A stretch of 64,000 nucleotides of DNA from Longimicrobiales bacterium (GTDB lineage: Bacteria > Gemmatimonadota > Gemmatimonadetes > Longimicrobiales > Gaopeijiaceae), in contig CBDCKN010000005.1 of assembly GCA_965218295.1 (NCBI GenBank), positions 40,253-104,252 of the forward strand. Reading direction: 5' to 3'. Below, in pieces: positions 19,454 to 28,070 of the stretch. A program made the translations under genes and the position numbers. Position 1 is the stretch's first letter. Each line of letters begins with the position of its first letter. The notes beneath the pieces were generated by a model. It did no database searches, was not told where the DNA came from, and saw nothing but the letters and a program-made list of their open reading frames with translations.

Positions 19454-20725
19454 CTAATCTCCTGACGCCGGCGGCTCTTCGAGGACCCTCACCCTGCCGG
19501 CTGCAGCACCCCCGATGATCCGACCGCGATCGAGGTGGAAGACGAAGGCCACCGTGCACACGGTGCTCACCGCCGTCAGAGCGAGGCCGTAGGTGAATCC
19601 GTACGTCACGCCCACCTGATCGAGGATCAACATGGTCCCGGCCATGACCATCACGTAGGCCAGGGCCGTGGGGAGGAGGACCTTCCAACCCAGCTGCATG
19701 ACCTGGTCGTAACGGAAACGCGGCAACGTCCAGCGGACCCAGATGTACAGCAGGAGAAAGAACGCCGTCTTGGCCGCAAAAGCCGCGAAGGTGAGGAGCG
19801 TTTTCCATACGGCCGGTACCGCTGCGATGGGTGCGCCGTCCACGCCGAACCCGCCGACCAGAGAGCCTCCGTACCAAAAGGCGTCGTCCCAGGTCCCCGG
19901 GAGGTCCCACCCCCCGAAGAAGAGGGTGGCCATGAGGGCTGAGGCCGTCAACATGTGGGAGTACTCGGCAATGAAGAACATGGAGAACTTCATGGCTGAG
20001 TACTCGGTGTGGAATCCCGTGATGAGCTCGGACTCGGCCTCCGGCATGTCGAACGGGAGCCGGTTCGTCTCGGCGAAGGCCGCGATCACGAAGAGGATGA
20101 ACCCGAGTGAGAGAGGCAGGACGTACCAGAGGTCCAGCTGCTGCTGCTGCCAGACGATCTCGGTGAGCGTGACGTTCCCCGCGAGCATCAGGACCACGAT
20201 GAGGCTCAGCCCCAGGGGCACTTCATAACTCACCATCTGGGCCGAGGCCCGCAGCGCGCCCAGGAAGGCGTACTTGTTGTTCGAGGCCCAGCCCGAGATG
20301 ACGATCCCGTACACTCCCAGCGAGCTCAACGCCAGGATATAGAGAATGCCGATGGGGACGTCGGCGATGATCATGTCCACCACTCCCCAGGGAGTGGGCA
20401 GAGGCGCCGCGAAAGGTACGACGGCGAACGTCATCAGCGCCGGGACCATGGCAAGCATGGGCCCGAGCATGAAGTAGAGCTTGGACGCGGAGGCGGGAAG
20501 CGTCTCTTCCTTCACTAGGTTCTTGAGGCCGTCGGCGATGGGCTGGAGAAGCCCGAAGGGACCCACGCGGTTGGGACCCATGCGGTCCTGGATGAACGCC
20601 GACACGCGTCGCTCGGCCAGCGTCGTGTACGCCACGGTGAGCATCACCACGCCGAACATGACGGCGATCTTGAGAGAGGAGGCCACCAGGAGCGGGATGC
20701 CGGCGATGGGCTGGAGCACGTCCAT
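19454..20725 (-). CDS. nuoH: NADH-quinone oxidoreductase subunit H
   Basis: GPNRVGPFGLLQPIADG, NRLPFDMPEAESEL, PRFRYDQ. Confidence 0.97.
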   Translation of the reverse strand: MDVLQPIAGIPLLVASSLKIAVMFGVVMLTVAYTTLAERRVSAFIQDRMGPNRVGPFGLLQPIADGLKNLVKEETLPASASKLYFMLGPMLAMVPALMTFAVVPFAAPLPTPWGVVDMIIADVPIGILYILALSSLGVYGIVISGWASNNKYAFLGALRASAQMVSYEVPLGLSLIVVLMLAGNVTLTEIVWQQQQLDLWYVLPLSLGFILFVIAAFAETNRLPFDMPEAESELITGFHTEYSAMKFSMFFIAEYSHMLTASALMATLFFGGWDLPGTWDDAFWYGGSLVGGFGVDGAPIAAVPAVWKTLLTFAAFAAKTAFFLLLYIWVRWTLPRFRYDQVMQLGWKVLLPTALAYVMVMAGTMLILDQVGVTYGFTYGLALTAVSTVCTVAFVFHLDRGRIIGGAAAGRVRVLEEPPASGD

Positions 20726-20726
20726 G

Positions 20727-22337
20727 TCAGTCCCCCGCCAACGACACGGTTGCGTTGGTCTGGGCCCCCTGGACGCTCACGTCCTCGTAGTCGATCCCTT
20801 CGTAGGCCGGCACCTGCGCCGACAGGAGCTGGAAGGCTTGATCCGCCCTGCGTGGCCCATCGTGGCCCTCGAGGGCCCCTACGAGTGCCCCCAGAACAAG
20901 CCAGGCTGGCCTCGCCGTCCCCGGGCCGTCCAGCGCGGGCCAGAATCGTTGAACCCGGCCGGCATGATTCGTGAAGGTCCCTTCCTGCTCAGCGAACGTA
21001 GTCGTGGGGAGGGCGAAGTCTGCCGCGGCCAGAGGATGCGACGTATACGCTCCCAGGTAGACGACGGCCTCCGCCTCGGCGCCGAATCCCTGCGGAGCGT
21101 CTTCGAGGGCGTCTCCCAGCACCAGGATCACTCCGCCGTGGCCCGGGATGTCGTTCAGGCCTCCCTGCCCAGAGTCGTCGCCGACGCGGGTGAAGCCGAG
21201 GAGCTCGGCCCCCCGAACGTTGGGAGCCAGATCCTTGCGACGGGCGAGCCCCTGGTAGCCGGCCAAGGCCACCTCCTCATCGCTCCGGGGCGACCGGTAG
21301 ACGACCTCTCCGCCGCCCAAGGAGTCCACCAGGCGTGCTACCGCCCCCAGGTCCTCGTTGGACCAGAACGGCGACACGACGGCCTTCACGCCCCCGTTTC
21401 CGCCTTCCAGGCGGTCCTTCAGGGCTGCCAGGGCCTCCTTCCACCCCATGGCCGTGCTCTGCCCCGAGCTCCGGACCACCGGCACCTCGAGACGATCGCC
21501 GCGATTGAGCCACTCATAGCGACCACGACCATAGTCGCAGATCCAGTGGCCGTTCACGTCTGGGTTGTGCCGTGGCGTCATTCGATGGACGAGGTTGTCC
21601 CGGGTGTGGAGCTCGATGTTGCACCCCTGGCTGCAGTTGGGGCAAACGGACGGCGTGTGCTCGAGATCCCAGGCCCGGGCCTTGTGCAGGAAGTCCTTGG
21701 AGACCAGCGCTCCCACCGGGCAGATGTCCACAACGTTGCCCGCCCAATCCGCCTCTTCCAAACCGGACTCGAAAAAGGTGTCGATGACCGAGCGGCTGCC
21801 CCGCTCGACCACGGCCAGTAGCGGGTTCTGCTCCATCTCGTTCATGAATCGGACGCAGCGCGTGCACATGACGCAGCGGTCACCGTAGAAGAGGACGTCA
21901 CCACCGAAGTCGTCGCGCCCGAACACGCGCTTGGGCTCGCGACCGCGCCCGTGCTCCCTACCCTCTGCGAAGACGTAGTCCTGGAGCTCACATTCTCCGG
22001 ACTGGTCACAGATGGGGCAGTCCAGGGGATGGTTCACCAGGTAGAACTCCAGCACCCCGGTCCGCATCCGCAACGCCCGTTCGCTCGTGGTGTGCACAAC
22101 CTGATCCTGGGCGACCTGTGTGGCACAGGAGGGGAGCTGCTTGGGAGCGCCCTCTACCTCCACCAGGCAGAGGCGGCACATGGCCGGTGACGAGAGCCCC
22201 GGATGATAGCAGTAGTGGGGAATCTCGGTCCCCTTGCCCTGTGCGGCCTGCAGGATGGTGGTCCCCTTGGGGACGGTCACCTCCTGTCCGTCGATGATCA
22301 GCGTGACGTTCTCGATGTTCCGTCCGTTCTCGGCCAT
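20727..22337 (-). CDS. nuoG: NADH-quinone oxidoreductase subunit G (short form)
   Basis: CYHPGL..CRLC, HPLDCPIC, CVMCTRC, CPNCSQGC. Confidence 0.94.
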   Translation of the reverse strand: MAENGRNIENVTLIIDGQEVTVPKGTTILQAAQGKGTEIPHYCYHPGLSSPAMCRLCLVEVEGAPKQLPSCATQVAQDQVVHTTSERALRMRTGVLEFYLVNHPLDCPICDQSGECELQDYVFAEGREHGRGREPKRVFGRDDFGGDVLFYGDRCVMCTRCVRFMNEMEQNPLLAVVERGSRSVIDTFFESGLEEADWAGNVVDICPVGALVSKDFLHKARAWDLEHTPSVCPNCSQGCNIELHTRDNLVHRMTPRHNPDVNGHWICDYGRGRYEWLNRGDRLEVPVVRSSGQSTAMGWKEALAALKDRLEGGNGGVKAVVSPFWSNEDLGAVARLVDSLGGGEVVYRSPRSDEEVALAGYQGLARRKDLAPNVRGAELLGFTRVGDDSGQGGLNDIPGHGGVILVLGDALEDAPQGFGAEAEAVVYLGAYTSHPLAAADFALPTTTFAEQEGTFTNHAGRVQRFWPALDGPGTARPAWLVLGALVGALEGHDGPRRADQAFQLLSAQVPAYEGIDYEDVSVQGAQTNATVSLAGD

Positions 22338-22403
22338 GACCTTAGTGTCCCGTTACCAAAGTGTCTCGGCCAGTCGAGGGCACGGTGCATCCGCAACGGA
22401 ACA

Positions 22404-23696
22404 CTACGCGACCCCCACTCTCTCCCCGCGGCGGATCAGCGCCAGATACTCGTCTTTGAACTTCGCTATGGAGGACTGGACCGGGGCCGCCACCGAGTCC
22501 GAGAGCACACAGATGGTCGTACCGGTCATCTGGTCCGTGAGCTCGATGAGGGTGTCCAGGTCCTCCTCCGTCCCGCGGCCGTCCTCGATGCGCCGGAGGA
22601 TCTTGGTGACCCAGGTCGTGCCCTCACGGCAGGGCGTGCATTGCCCGCAGGATTCGTGGGCGTAGAACGATGCCATGCGCATGACCTGATGAACGATGTC
22701 GGTGGATTCGTCCATCACGATGACCGACGCACAGCCGAGCATCGACCCGGCTTCCACCACGCCCTCGTAAGACAGCTCGCACGTCTCGCATTCCTCGGCG
22801 GAGAGGAGGGGGACGGAGCTCCCACCGGGTATGACCGACTTCAGGGCTCGGCCCTCTGGGATCCCACTGCAAACGTCGTAGATGAGCTCGTGCAACGGGA
22901 AGCCCAGGGGCAGCTCGTAGTTACCCGGTCGGTTCACGTGGCCGCTCACGCAGAACAGCTTGGTTCCGGGGCTCTGCTCCGTGCCCCACTGCCGGTACCA
23001 TTCACCTCCGTTCTCGATGATGGAGGGGATGGCGCAAAGCGTCTCCACGTTGTTGATGGTGGTGGGCATCCCGAAAATGCCCACAGCGGCCGGGAAGGGT
23101 GGCTTCACCCGCGGCTCCCCCCGACGTCCCTCCAGGGAGTTCATGAGTCCCGTTTCTTCTCCGCAGATGTAGGCCCCTGCACCGACGTACACGGTCAGGT
23201 CGATCTTCTGGCCCGAGCCCATGACGTCGTCGCCGAGGATTCCGGCCTCGTACGCGTCCTCGACGGCACGGGCGAGGACCTGGTTGGCCTCGAAGAACTC
23301 GCCTCTGCAGTAGATGTAGACGTGCTCGGCGCCCATGGCGTAGGCTCCGATGACGCATCCCTCGATGAGCAGGTGCGGCACCCAGCGGAGGAGCTCGCGG
23401 TCCTTGAAGGTACCGGGCTCCGACTCGTCGGCGTTGCACACGAGATAGTGAGCCCTGGACTTATCCTTCGGCATGAAGCTCCACTTGAGGCCCGTGGGGA
23501 AGCCCGCCCCGCCCCGGCCTCGGAGCCCCGAGTCTTTCACGGTCTCCACGACGTCCTCGGGACTCATGTCCAGGGCCTTCTTCAGGGCCTGGTATCCGCC
23601 CCTGGCCTTCCAGCCCTCCAGCGTCCGGGCTTCCGGATCACCGAAGTACTTGGAGAGGATCGGGACTTCCTTGTCATGACTGTACGGGTAGCCCAT
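22404..23696 (-). CDS. nuoF: NADH-quinone oxidoreductase subunit F
   Basis: GRGGAGFPTG, NADESEPG, GAGAYICGEE, ESCGQCTPCREG. Confidence 0.98.
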   Translation of the reverse strand: MGYPYSHDKEVPILSKYFGDPEARTLEGWKARGGYQALKKALDMSPEDVVETVKDSGLRGRGGAGFPTGLKWSFMPKDKSRAHYLVCNADESEPGTFKDRELLRWVPHLLIEGCVIGAYAMGAEHVYIYCRGEFFEANQVLARAVEDAYEAGILGDDVMGSGQKIDLTVYVGAGAYICGEETGLMNSLEGRRGEPRVKPPFPAAVGIFGMPTTINNVETLCAIPSIIENGGEWYRQWGTEQSPGTKLFCVSGHVNRPGNYELPLGFPLHELIYDVCSGIPEGRALKSVIPGGSSVPLLSAEECETCELSYEGVVEAGSMLGCASVIVMDESTDIVHQVMRMASFYAHESCGQCTPCREGTTWVTKILRRIEDGRGTEEDLDTLIELTDQMTGTTICVLSDSVAAPVQSSIAKFKDEYLALIRRGERVGVA

Positions 23697-23698
23697 GC

Positions 23699-24394
23699 CT
23701 AGAGGCCTGTTGAAGAAGTGGGGCGAGCCGCGTTAGGAGCGTCACCGTTATCGCTCTTCAGTTGCTCGAGGATCTTGGGCACTTCACCGGGCGTCACGTT
23801 CTCGAAGTACCTGGAGTTGATCTGCACGCAGGTGGGAAAGCCGCAACCCGCCAGGCACTCCGCCTCGGTGATCGTGAACGCCCCATCGGCGGACGTTGCG
23901 CCCAGTTCAGTGTCCGTGTACGTGAGGAAGGCGTCCAGCACGTCTTCGCCGCCACACAGGTTGCAGCTGATGTTGGTACAGACCTGGATCAGGTACCGCC
24001 CCACGGGCCGCTTGTTGTACATGGTATAGAACGTGGCCACGCCCCGGACGTAGGCCGCCGACAGGCCGAGCAGCTCGGCGACCCGATCCATGGTCTCGGG
24101 AGAGATGTGACCGCGCACTTCCTGGGCCAGATTCAACGCCGGAATCAGCGCGGCCTGCTGGTCCGGGTAGCGCGTCAGGATCTTCTCGATGCGCTCTTGA
24201 TACGGACCCTCGAAGAGAGGCGCGTCCGGGCTCTTCTCCTCGAGCATGTACGGATAGCTTGCGACGCCCGCGGGATGGCCGCCCTCCAGGGCGCGCACAC
24301 CCACGAAGTCGAGCCCACGGACCTGTTCTTCCGTGAGGTCGTACTCCCCGGTGTTTCCGGCCCAGCCGGGGTTCTTGAAGGGAATCTCGCTCAT
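23699..24394 (-). CDS. nuoE: NADH-quinone oxidoreductase subunit E
   Basis: VATFYTMY, CTNISC, ECLAGC; about 60-aa N-terminal extension. Confidence 0.95.
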   Translation of the reverse strand: MSEIPFKNPGWAGNTGEYDLTEEQVRGLDFVGVRALEGGHPAGVASYPYMLEEKSPDAPLFEGPYQERIEKILTRYPDQQAALIPALNLAQEVRGHISPETMDRVAELLGLSAAYVRGVATFYTMYNKRPVGRYLIQVCTNISCNLCGGEDVLDAFLTYTDTELGATSADGAFTITEAECLAGCGFPTCVQINSRYFENVTPGEVPKILEQLKSDNGDAPNAARPTSSTGL

Positions 24395-25590
24395 CGATCA
24401 ATCTCGCCCAGAACGATGTCCAGGCTGGCGTTGATCATGATCAGGTCGGAGACCAGGTGGCCTTCGGCCAGCTTCGAGATCACCGACAGGTTGACGAAGG
24501 ACGGGGGCCGGATTCTCCAGCGGACCGGCTTCTCGCCGCCGTCGCTCACCACGTACATCCCTAGCTCACCCTTGGAGCCCTCCACCGCGAAGTAGCAGTC
24601 CCCCGCTGGCACGGGGATGCCCTCCGTGATCAGCTTGAAGTGGTGGATCATCGACTCCATGTCGCTCATGCAATCGGTCTTACTGGGCAGGGACACCCGG
24701 GGATCGTCCACGTTGATGGGACCGTCGGGGAGCCGGTCCAGGGCCTGGTGCAGGATGCGGACGGTCTGGCGCATCTCCTCCATGCGGACCAGGTAGCGGT
24801 CGTAGCAGTCGCCGTTCTCGCCTATCGGCACCTCGAAGTCGTAGGTCTCGTAGTCGTAGTACGGCTGGTCCTTGCGGAGATCGTAGGGCACGCCCGAGGC
24901 CCTCAGGTTGGGACCGGTGAAGCCGTAGTTGACGGCGTCCTCCCCCGAGATGACCCCCACGTCGAGCGTCCGCCCGAGGTGGATCCCGTTCGTGGTCAGC
25001 AGAGAGTCGATGTCGTCGAGGGTGTCCGGGAACGTCTCCAGGAAGTCCTTGAGCGACTCGGTCCAGCCGTCGGGGAGATCGGCCATCATGCCACCGATCC
25101 GCGTGGCCGACGTGGTGATGCGCTGGCCCGTGAACGACTCGTGGAGCTGGTGGATGCGCTCCCGCTCCTGGAAGGCGTATAGGAAGGGGGTGAACGCCCC
25201 CACGTCGATGGCCGTGGTGCCGAGCCACAGGAGGTGGCTGAAGATCCGGTCCATCTCCATGCAGATGACCCGTACGACCTTGCAGCGCTCCGTGACCTCG
25301 AGGCCCATGAGCTTCTCGACGGCCATGACGTAGACGCAGTTGTAGATGAGTGGCGCCAGGTAGTCCATCCGGTCTGTCAGGGGGACGATCTGGTTCCACG
25401 TCCGGTACTCGCCGAGCTTCTCGAAGGACGAGTGCAGGAATCCGATGTCGGGCATGACCCGGAGAACCGTCTCGCCGTCGAGCTCGCAGATCAAGCGAAG
25501 CACTCCATGCGTCGCAGGGTGCTGGGGCCCGATGTTGATGAGCATGTGCTCCGAGCCGATAATGGGCTCCACGGACGAGTTGGGTATCAC
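24391..25590 (-). CDS. nuoD: NADH-quinone oxidoreductase subunit D
   Basis: NIGPQHPATHGVLR, DRMDYL, LGEIDR; GTG 25590 overlaps nuoC stop (GTGA). Confidence 0.96.
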   Translation of the reverse strand: MIPNSSVEPIIGSEHMLINIGPQHPATHGVLRLICELDGETVLRVMPDIGFLHSSFEKLGEYRTWNQIVPLTDRMDYLAPLIYNCVYVMAVEKLMGLEVTERCKVVRVICMEMDRIFSHLLWLGTTAIDVGAFTPFLYAFQERERIHQLHESFTGQRITTSATRIGGMMADLPDGWTESLKDFLETFPDTLDDIDSLLTTNGIHLGRTLDVGVISGEDAVNYGFTGPNLRASGVPYDLRKDQPYYDYETYDFEVPIGENGDCYDRYLVRMEEMRQTVRILHQALDRLPDGPINVDDPRVSLPSKTDCMSDMESMIHHFKLITEGIPVPAGDCYFAVEGSKGELGMYVVSDGGEKPVRWRIRPPSFVNLSVISKLAEGHLVSDLIMINASLDIVLGEIDR

Positions 25591-26291
25591 GGAGTGTCCT
25601 CCACGTCTGCACCCGGCTCGTCCGGCTCCGGCGGAAGGAGGCCCGGGGCGCCGCCCATCTCGAGCACTTCTTCCGTGTAGTAGTCGTGGTAGTCCTGGGA
25701 GAGGGCACGCTTCGTCTGCTCGGCCCGCGAGAAGCGCCCCCGGAGCGGGAAATCCTTCCGGAGGGGGTGCCCCTCGGCATAGTTCTGCGGCATCATGATC
25801 CGTCGAAGGTCGGGGTGTCCCGGGAAGTCCACGCCGAACAGGTCGTAGACCTCTCGCTCGAGCCAATCGGCCGAGTGCCAGAGCGACGTCACCGTCTCGA
25901 TGGCCAGCCTCTCGAGCTCCACCAGCTCGCACTTGACCCTGAGGGCCCGTCGATGAGTCACGGACCAGAGCTGGTAGACCATCTGTATGGGTCGCCCTCC
26001 ACCGTAGTCGACGGCGGTGACATCCACGAGCAGATCGTAGTCGTGGTCCGCATCGCCCTTCAGCCAGCCCAGAATCTCGGCGTTTTGCGTGGGCTCGATG
26101 AAAACGACGTACTGGTCACCGGCCTGCACTTCGTGGTAAAGAACGGCTTCGCCGAAGCGGTCTTTCAAAGCGGTGACGGAGGGGTGCTCCAGGGCCTGAT
26201 CGGCCGTGCCCCGTAGAGTCTCGACGGGACCGTCGGAAGCCTCCGGCCCCTCCTCCACCACGTCGAACGTGGGGCCGTTGTCTTCTGCCAT
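25587..26291 (-). CDS. nuoC: NADH-quinone oxidoreductase subunit C
   Basis: WLEREVYDLFGV, HPDLRRI, GHPLRKDFPL. Confidence 0.96.
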   Translation of the reverse strand: MAEDNGPTFDVVEEGPEASDGPVETLRGTADQALEHPSVTALKDRFGEAVLYHEVQAGDQYVVFIEPTQNAEILGWLKGDADHDYDLLVDVTAVDYGGGRPIQMVYQLWSVTHRRALRVKCELVELERLAIETVTSLWHSADWLEREVYDLFGVDFPGHPDLRRIMMPQNYAEGHPLRKDFPLRGRFSRAEQTKRALSQDYHDYYTEEVLEMGGAPGLLPPEPDEPGADVEDTP

Positions 26292-26302
26292 GCCCAGCCC
26301 GC

Positions 26303-27022
26303 CTACGGAAGCAGATCCTCGGACCGGTCCGGACGCTTGGTCTGGGCCAGGCCGGCGAGGCGCTCCTGCTGGGTGGAGTTTCCGAACGGACCAGACAGGG
26401 CCGCGACTTCTTCGGCGCTCACCTCTGGGAGTCCGACCCGATCAGGATCCTCCGCCCTCAGGTTGTGATGCTCCGCGAGAGTCTCTCCTCGGATCTTCTC
26501 CTGGATCATCATGAGGCCGTAGATGAGGCCCTCGGGACGGGGAGGACATCCGGGCACGTAGACGTCGACGGGAACGATGGTGTCGATCCCCTGCACCATC
26601 GAGTAGACGTCGAACACGCCGCCCGAGCTGGCGCAGGCCCCCATTGAGACGACCCACTTGGGCTGCATCATCTGGTCGTAGATGCGTCGGAGAACGGGTG
26701 CGAGCTTGTACGGAACCCGGCCGGCGCAGATGAGAACGTCGGCCTGGCGCGGGCTGAACGCCATGCGCTCCATGCCGAAGCGAGCCAGGTCGAAGTTGGA
26801 CGCGGCGGAAGCCATCATCTCGATGGCACAACAGGCCGTTCCGAAGGGCATGGGCCACAGGGAGTTCCTGCGGGCCCAATTCACGACGAAGTCGACCTTT
26901 GTGGTGAGAAACGTGGGGCCACCGGCACCCATGAGGCCCCCCCTGTGGCCACCCGTGTGGCCCATTGCATGGGCGTCCGCCACGCTCGGCGTGCCGCCCA
27001 TATCGCCTTCGTTCAGTCCCAT
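26303..27022 (-). CDS. nuoB: NADH-quinone oxidoreductase subunit B
   Basis: [23 protein letters not shown]; start uncertain (ATG 27022 chosen). Confidence 0.95.
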   Translation of the reverse strand: MGLNEGDMGGTPSVADAHAMGHTGGHRGGLMGAGGPTFLTTKVDFVVNWARRNSLWPMPFGTACCAIEMMASAASNFDLARFGMERMAFSPRQADVLICAGRVPYKLAPVLRRIYDQMMQPKWVVSMGACASSGGVFDVYSMVQGIDTIVPVDVYVPGCPPRPEGLIYGLMMIQEKIRGETLAEHHNLRAEDPDRVGLPEVSAEEVAALSGPFGNSTQQERLAGLAQTKRPDRSEDLLP

Positions 27023-27369
27023 TCGAGTCCTCCCTTCTTCCACTCGTAGAGAAGCCCCACGGCCAGTACGGCCACGAACATGCTCACCGCTACGAATGCC
27101 CCCCAGCCGAGCTCCCGCATCTCCACGGCCCAGGGAATGAGAAAAATGGTCTCCAGATCGAAGACGATAAAGCTGATGGCCACCAAGTAGAACTTGACGG
27201 AAAAGCGCACCCGGGTGTCGCCAAGCGGAATCATACCCGACTCGTAGGGCATCTCCTTGTGTGGAGTGGGTCGCCTGGGGTTGAGAACGTGAGAGGCGAT
27301 GCCCATTCCGAGCGCGTTGATGACCGACACGCCGAAGAGGATCAACAGCGGGATGTATGATCCCGACAT
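27013..27369 (-). CDS. nuoA: NADH-quinone oxidoreductase subunit A
   Basis: [22 protein letters not shown]. Confidence 0.97.
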   Translation of the reverse strand: MSGSYIPLLILFGVSVINALGMGIASHVLNPRRPTPHKEMPYESGMIPLGDTRVRFSVKFYLVAISFIVFDLETIFLIPWAVEMRELGWGAFVAVSMFVAVLAVGLLYEWKKGGLEWD

Positions 27370-27388
27370 GGCGGCCTTTTGAGGTGGC

Positions 27389-27406
27389 TTGTGAAATCGT
27401 TCACTT
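27389..27406. promoter_or_regulatory. Rex-type (or CRP-family) operator upstream of nuoA
   Basis: TTGTGAAATCGTTCACTT vs Rex consensus TTGTGAA-N4-TTCACAA; lies between the putative promoter and the nuoA ATG. Confidence 0.65.
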
Positions 27407-27418
27407 GTTGGACGACAA

Positions 27419-27448
27419 AAGGTATTCCGAGGCTCGAAGAAGTGTCAA
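27419..27448 (-). promoter_or_regulatory. sigma70-like promoter for nuo operon
   Basis: TTGACA-18 nt-TACCTT on minus strand. Confidence 0.55.
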
Positions 27449-27515
27449 GCCGCGTCCGGGGCCCCTGGGGCCCCGTTTGCAGTACCATCCCACGCGGTCG
27501 TATTTTGACGCCGAC

Positions 27516-28070
27516 ATGCCAATCAAGAGCGATAACTGGATCCGCAGGATGGCCGAAGAGCACGGGATGATCGAGCCCTTCGAGGCCAACCAGGTAAAGG
27601 ATGGCAACATCTCCTTCGGGCTTTCCTCATACGGCTACGACATCCGCGTCGCCTCGGAGTTCAAGGTCTTCACGAACGTTCACAACGTGATCGTCGATCC
27701 CAAGCACTTCGACGACCGCTCCTTCGTGGACGTGAACGAGAAAGAATGCATCATTCCGCCCAACTCGTTCGCGCTGGCACGCACCGAGGAATACCTCCGG
27801 ATTCCCCGGAACGTCCTGGTGGTGTGCGTGGGAAAGAGCACCTACGCACGGTGCGGCATTATCGTGAACGTGACCCCGTTGGAGCCCACCTGGTGTGGGT
27901 ATCTCACCCTGGAGATCTCGAACACCACGCCGCTCCCCGCGAAGATCTACGGAGGAGAGGGCATCGCCCAGCTCCTCTTCTTCGAGGGCGATGAGGAGCC
28001 GAGCGTGGCCTACGTCGATCGGAACGGGAAGTACCAGGATCAGGTCGGGGTGACCCTACCCAAGCTCTAG
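27516..28070 (+). CDS. dcd: dCTP deaminase
   Basis: [29 protein letters not shown]; start trimmed to MPIKSD. Confidence 0.96.
   Translation: MPIKSDNWIRRMAEEHGMIEPFEANQVKDGNISFGLSSYGYDIRVASEFKVFTNVHNVIVDPKHFDDRSFVDVNEKECIIPPNSFALARTEEYLRIPRNVLVVCVGKSTYARCGIIVNVTPLEPTWCGYLTLEISNTTPLPAKIYGGEGIAQLLFFEGDEEPSVAYVDRNGKYQDQVGVTLPKL

Noticed and set aside
24391..25932. ORF-track N-terminal extensions (nuoD, nuoN, fabG, PMM, dcd, tag, hydrolase) as fusions
   Set aside because: Extensions overlap neighbouring real genes; family-typical internal starts exist
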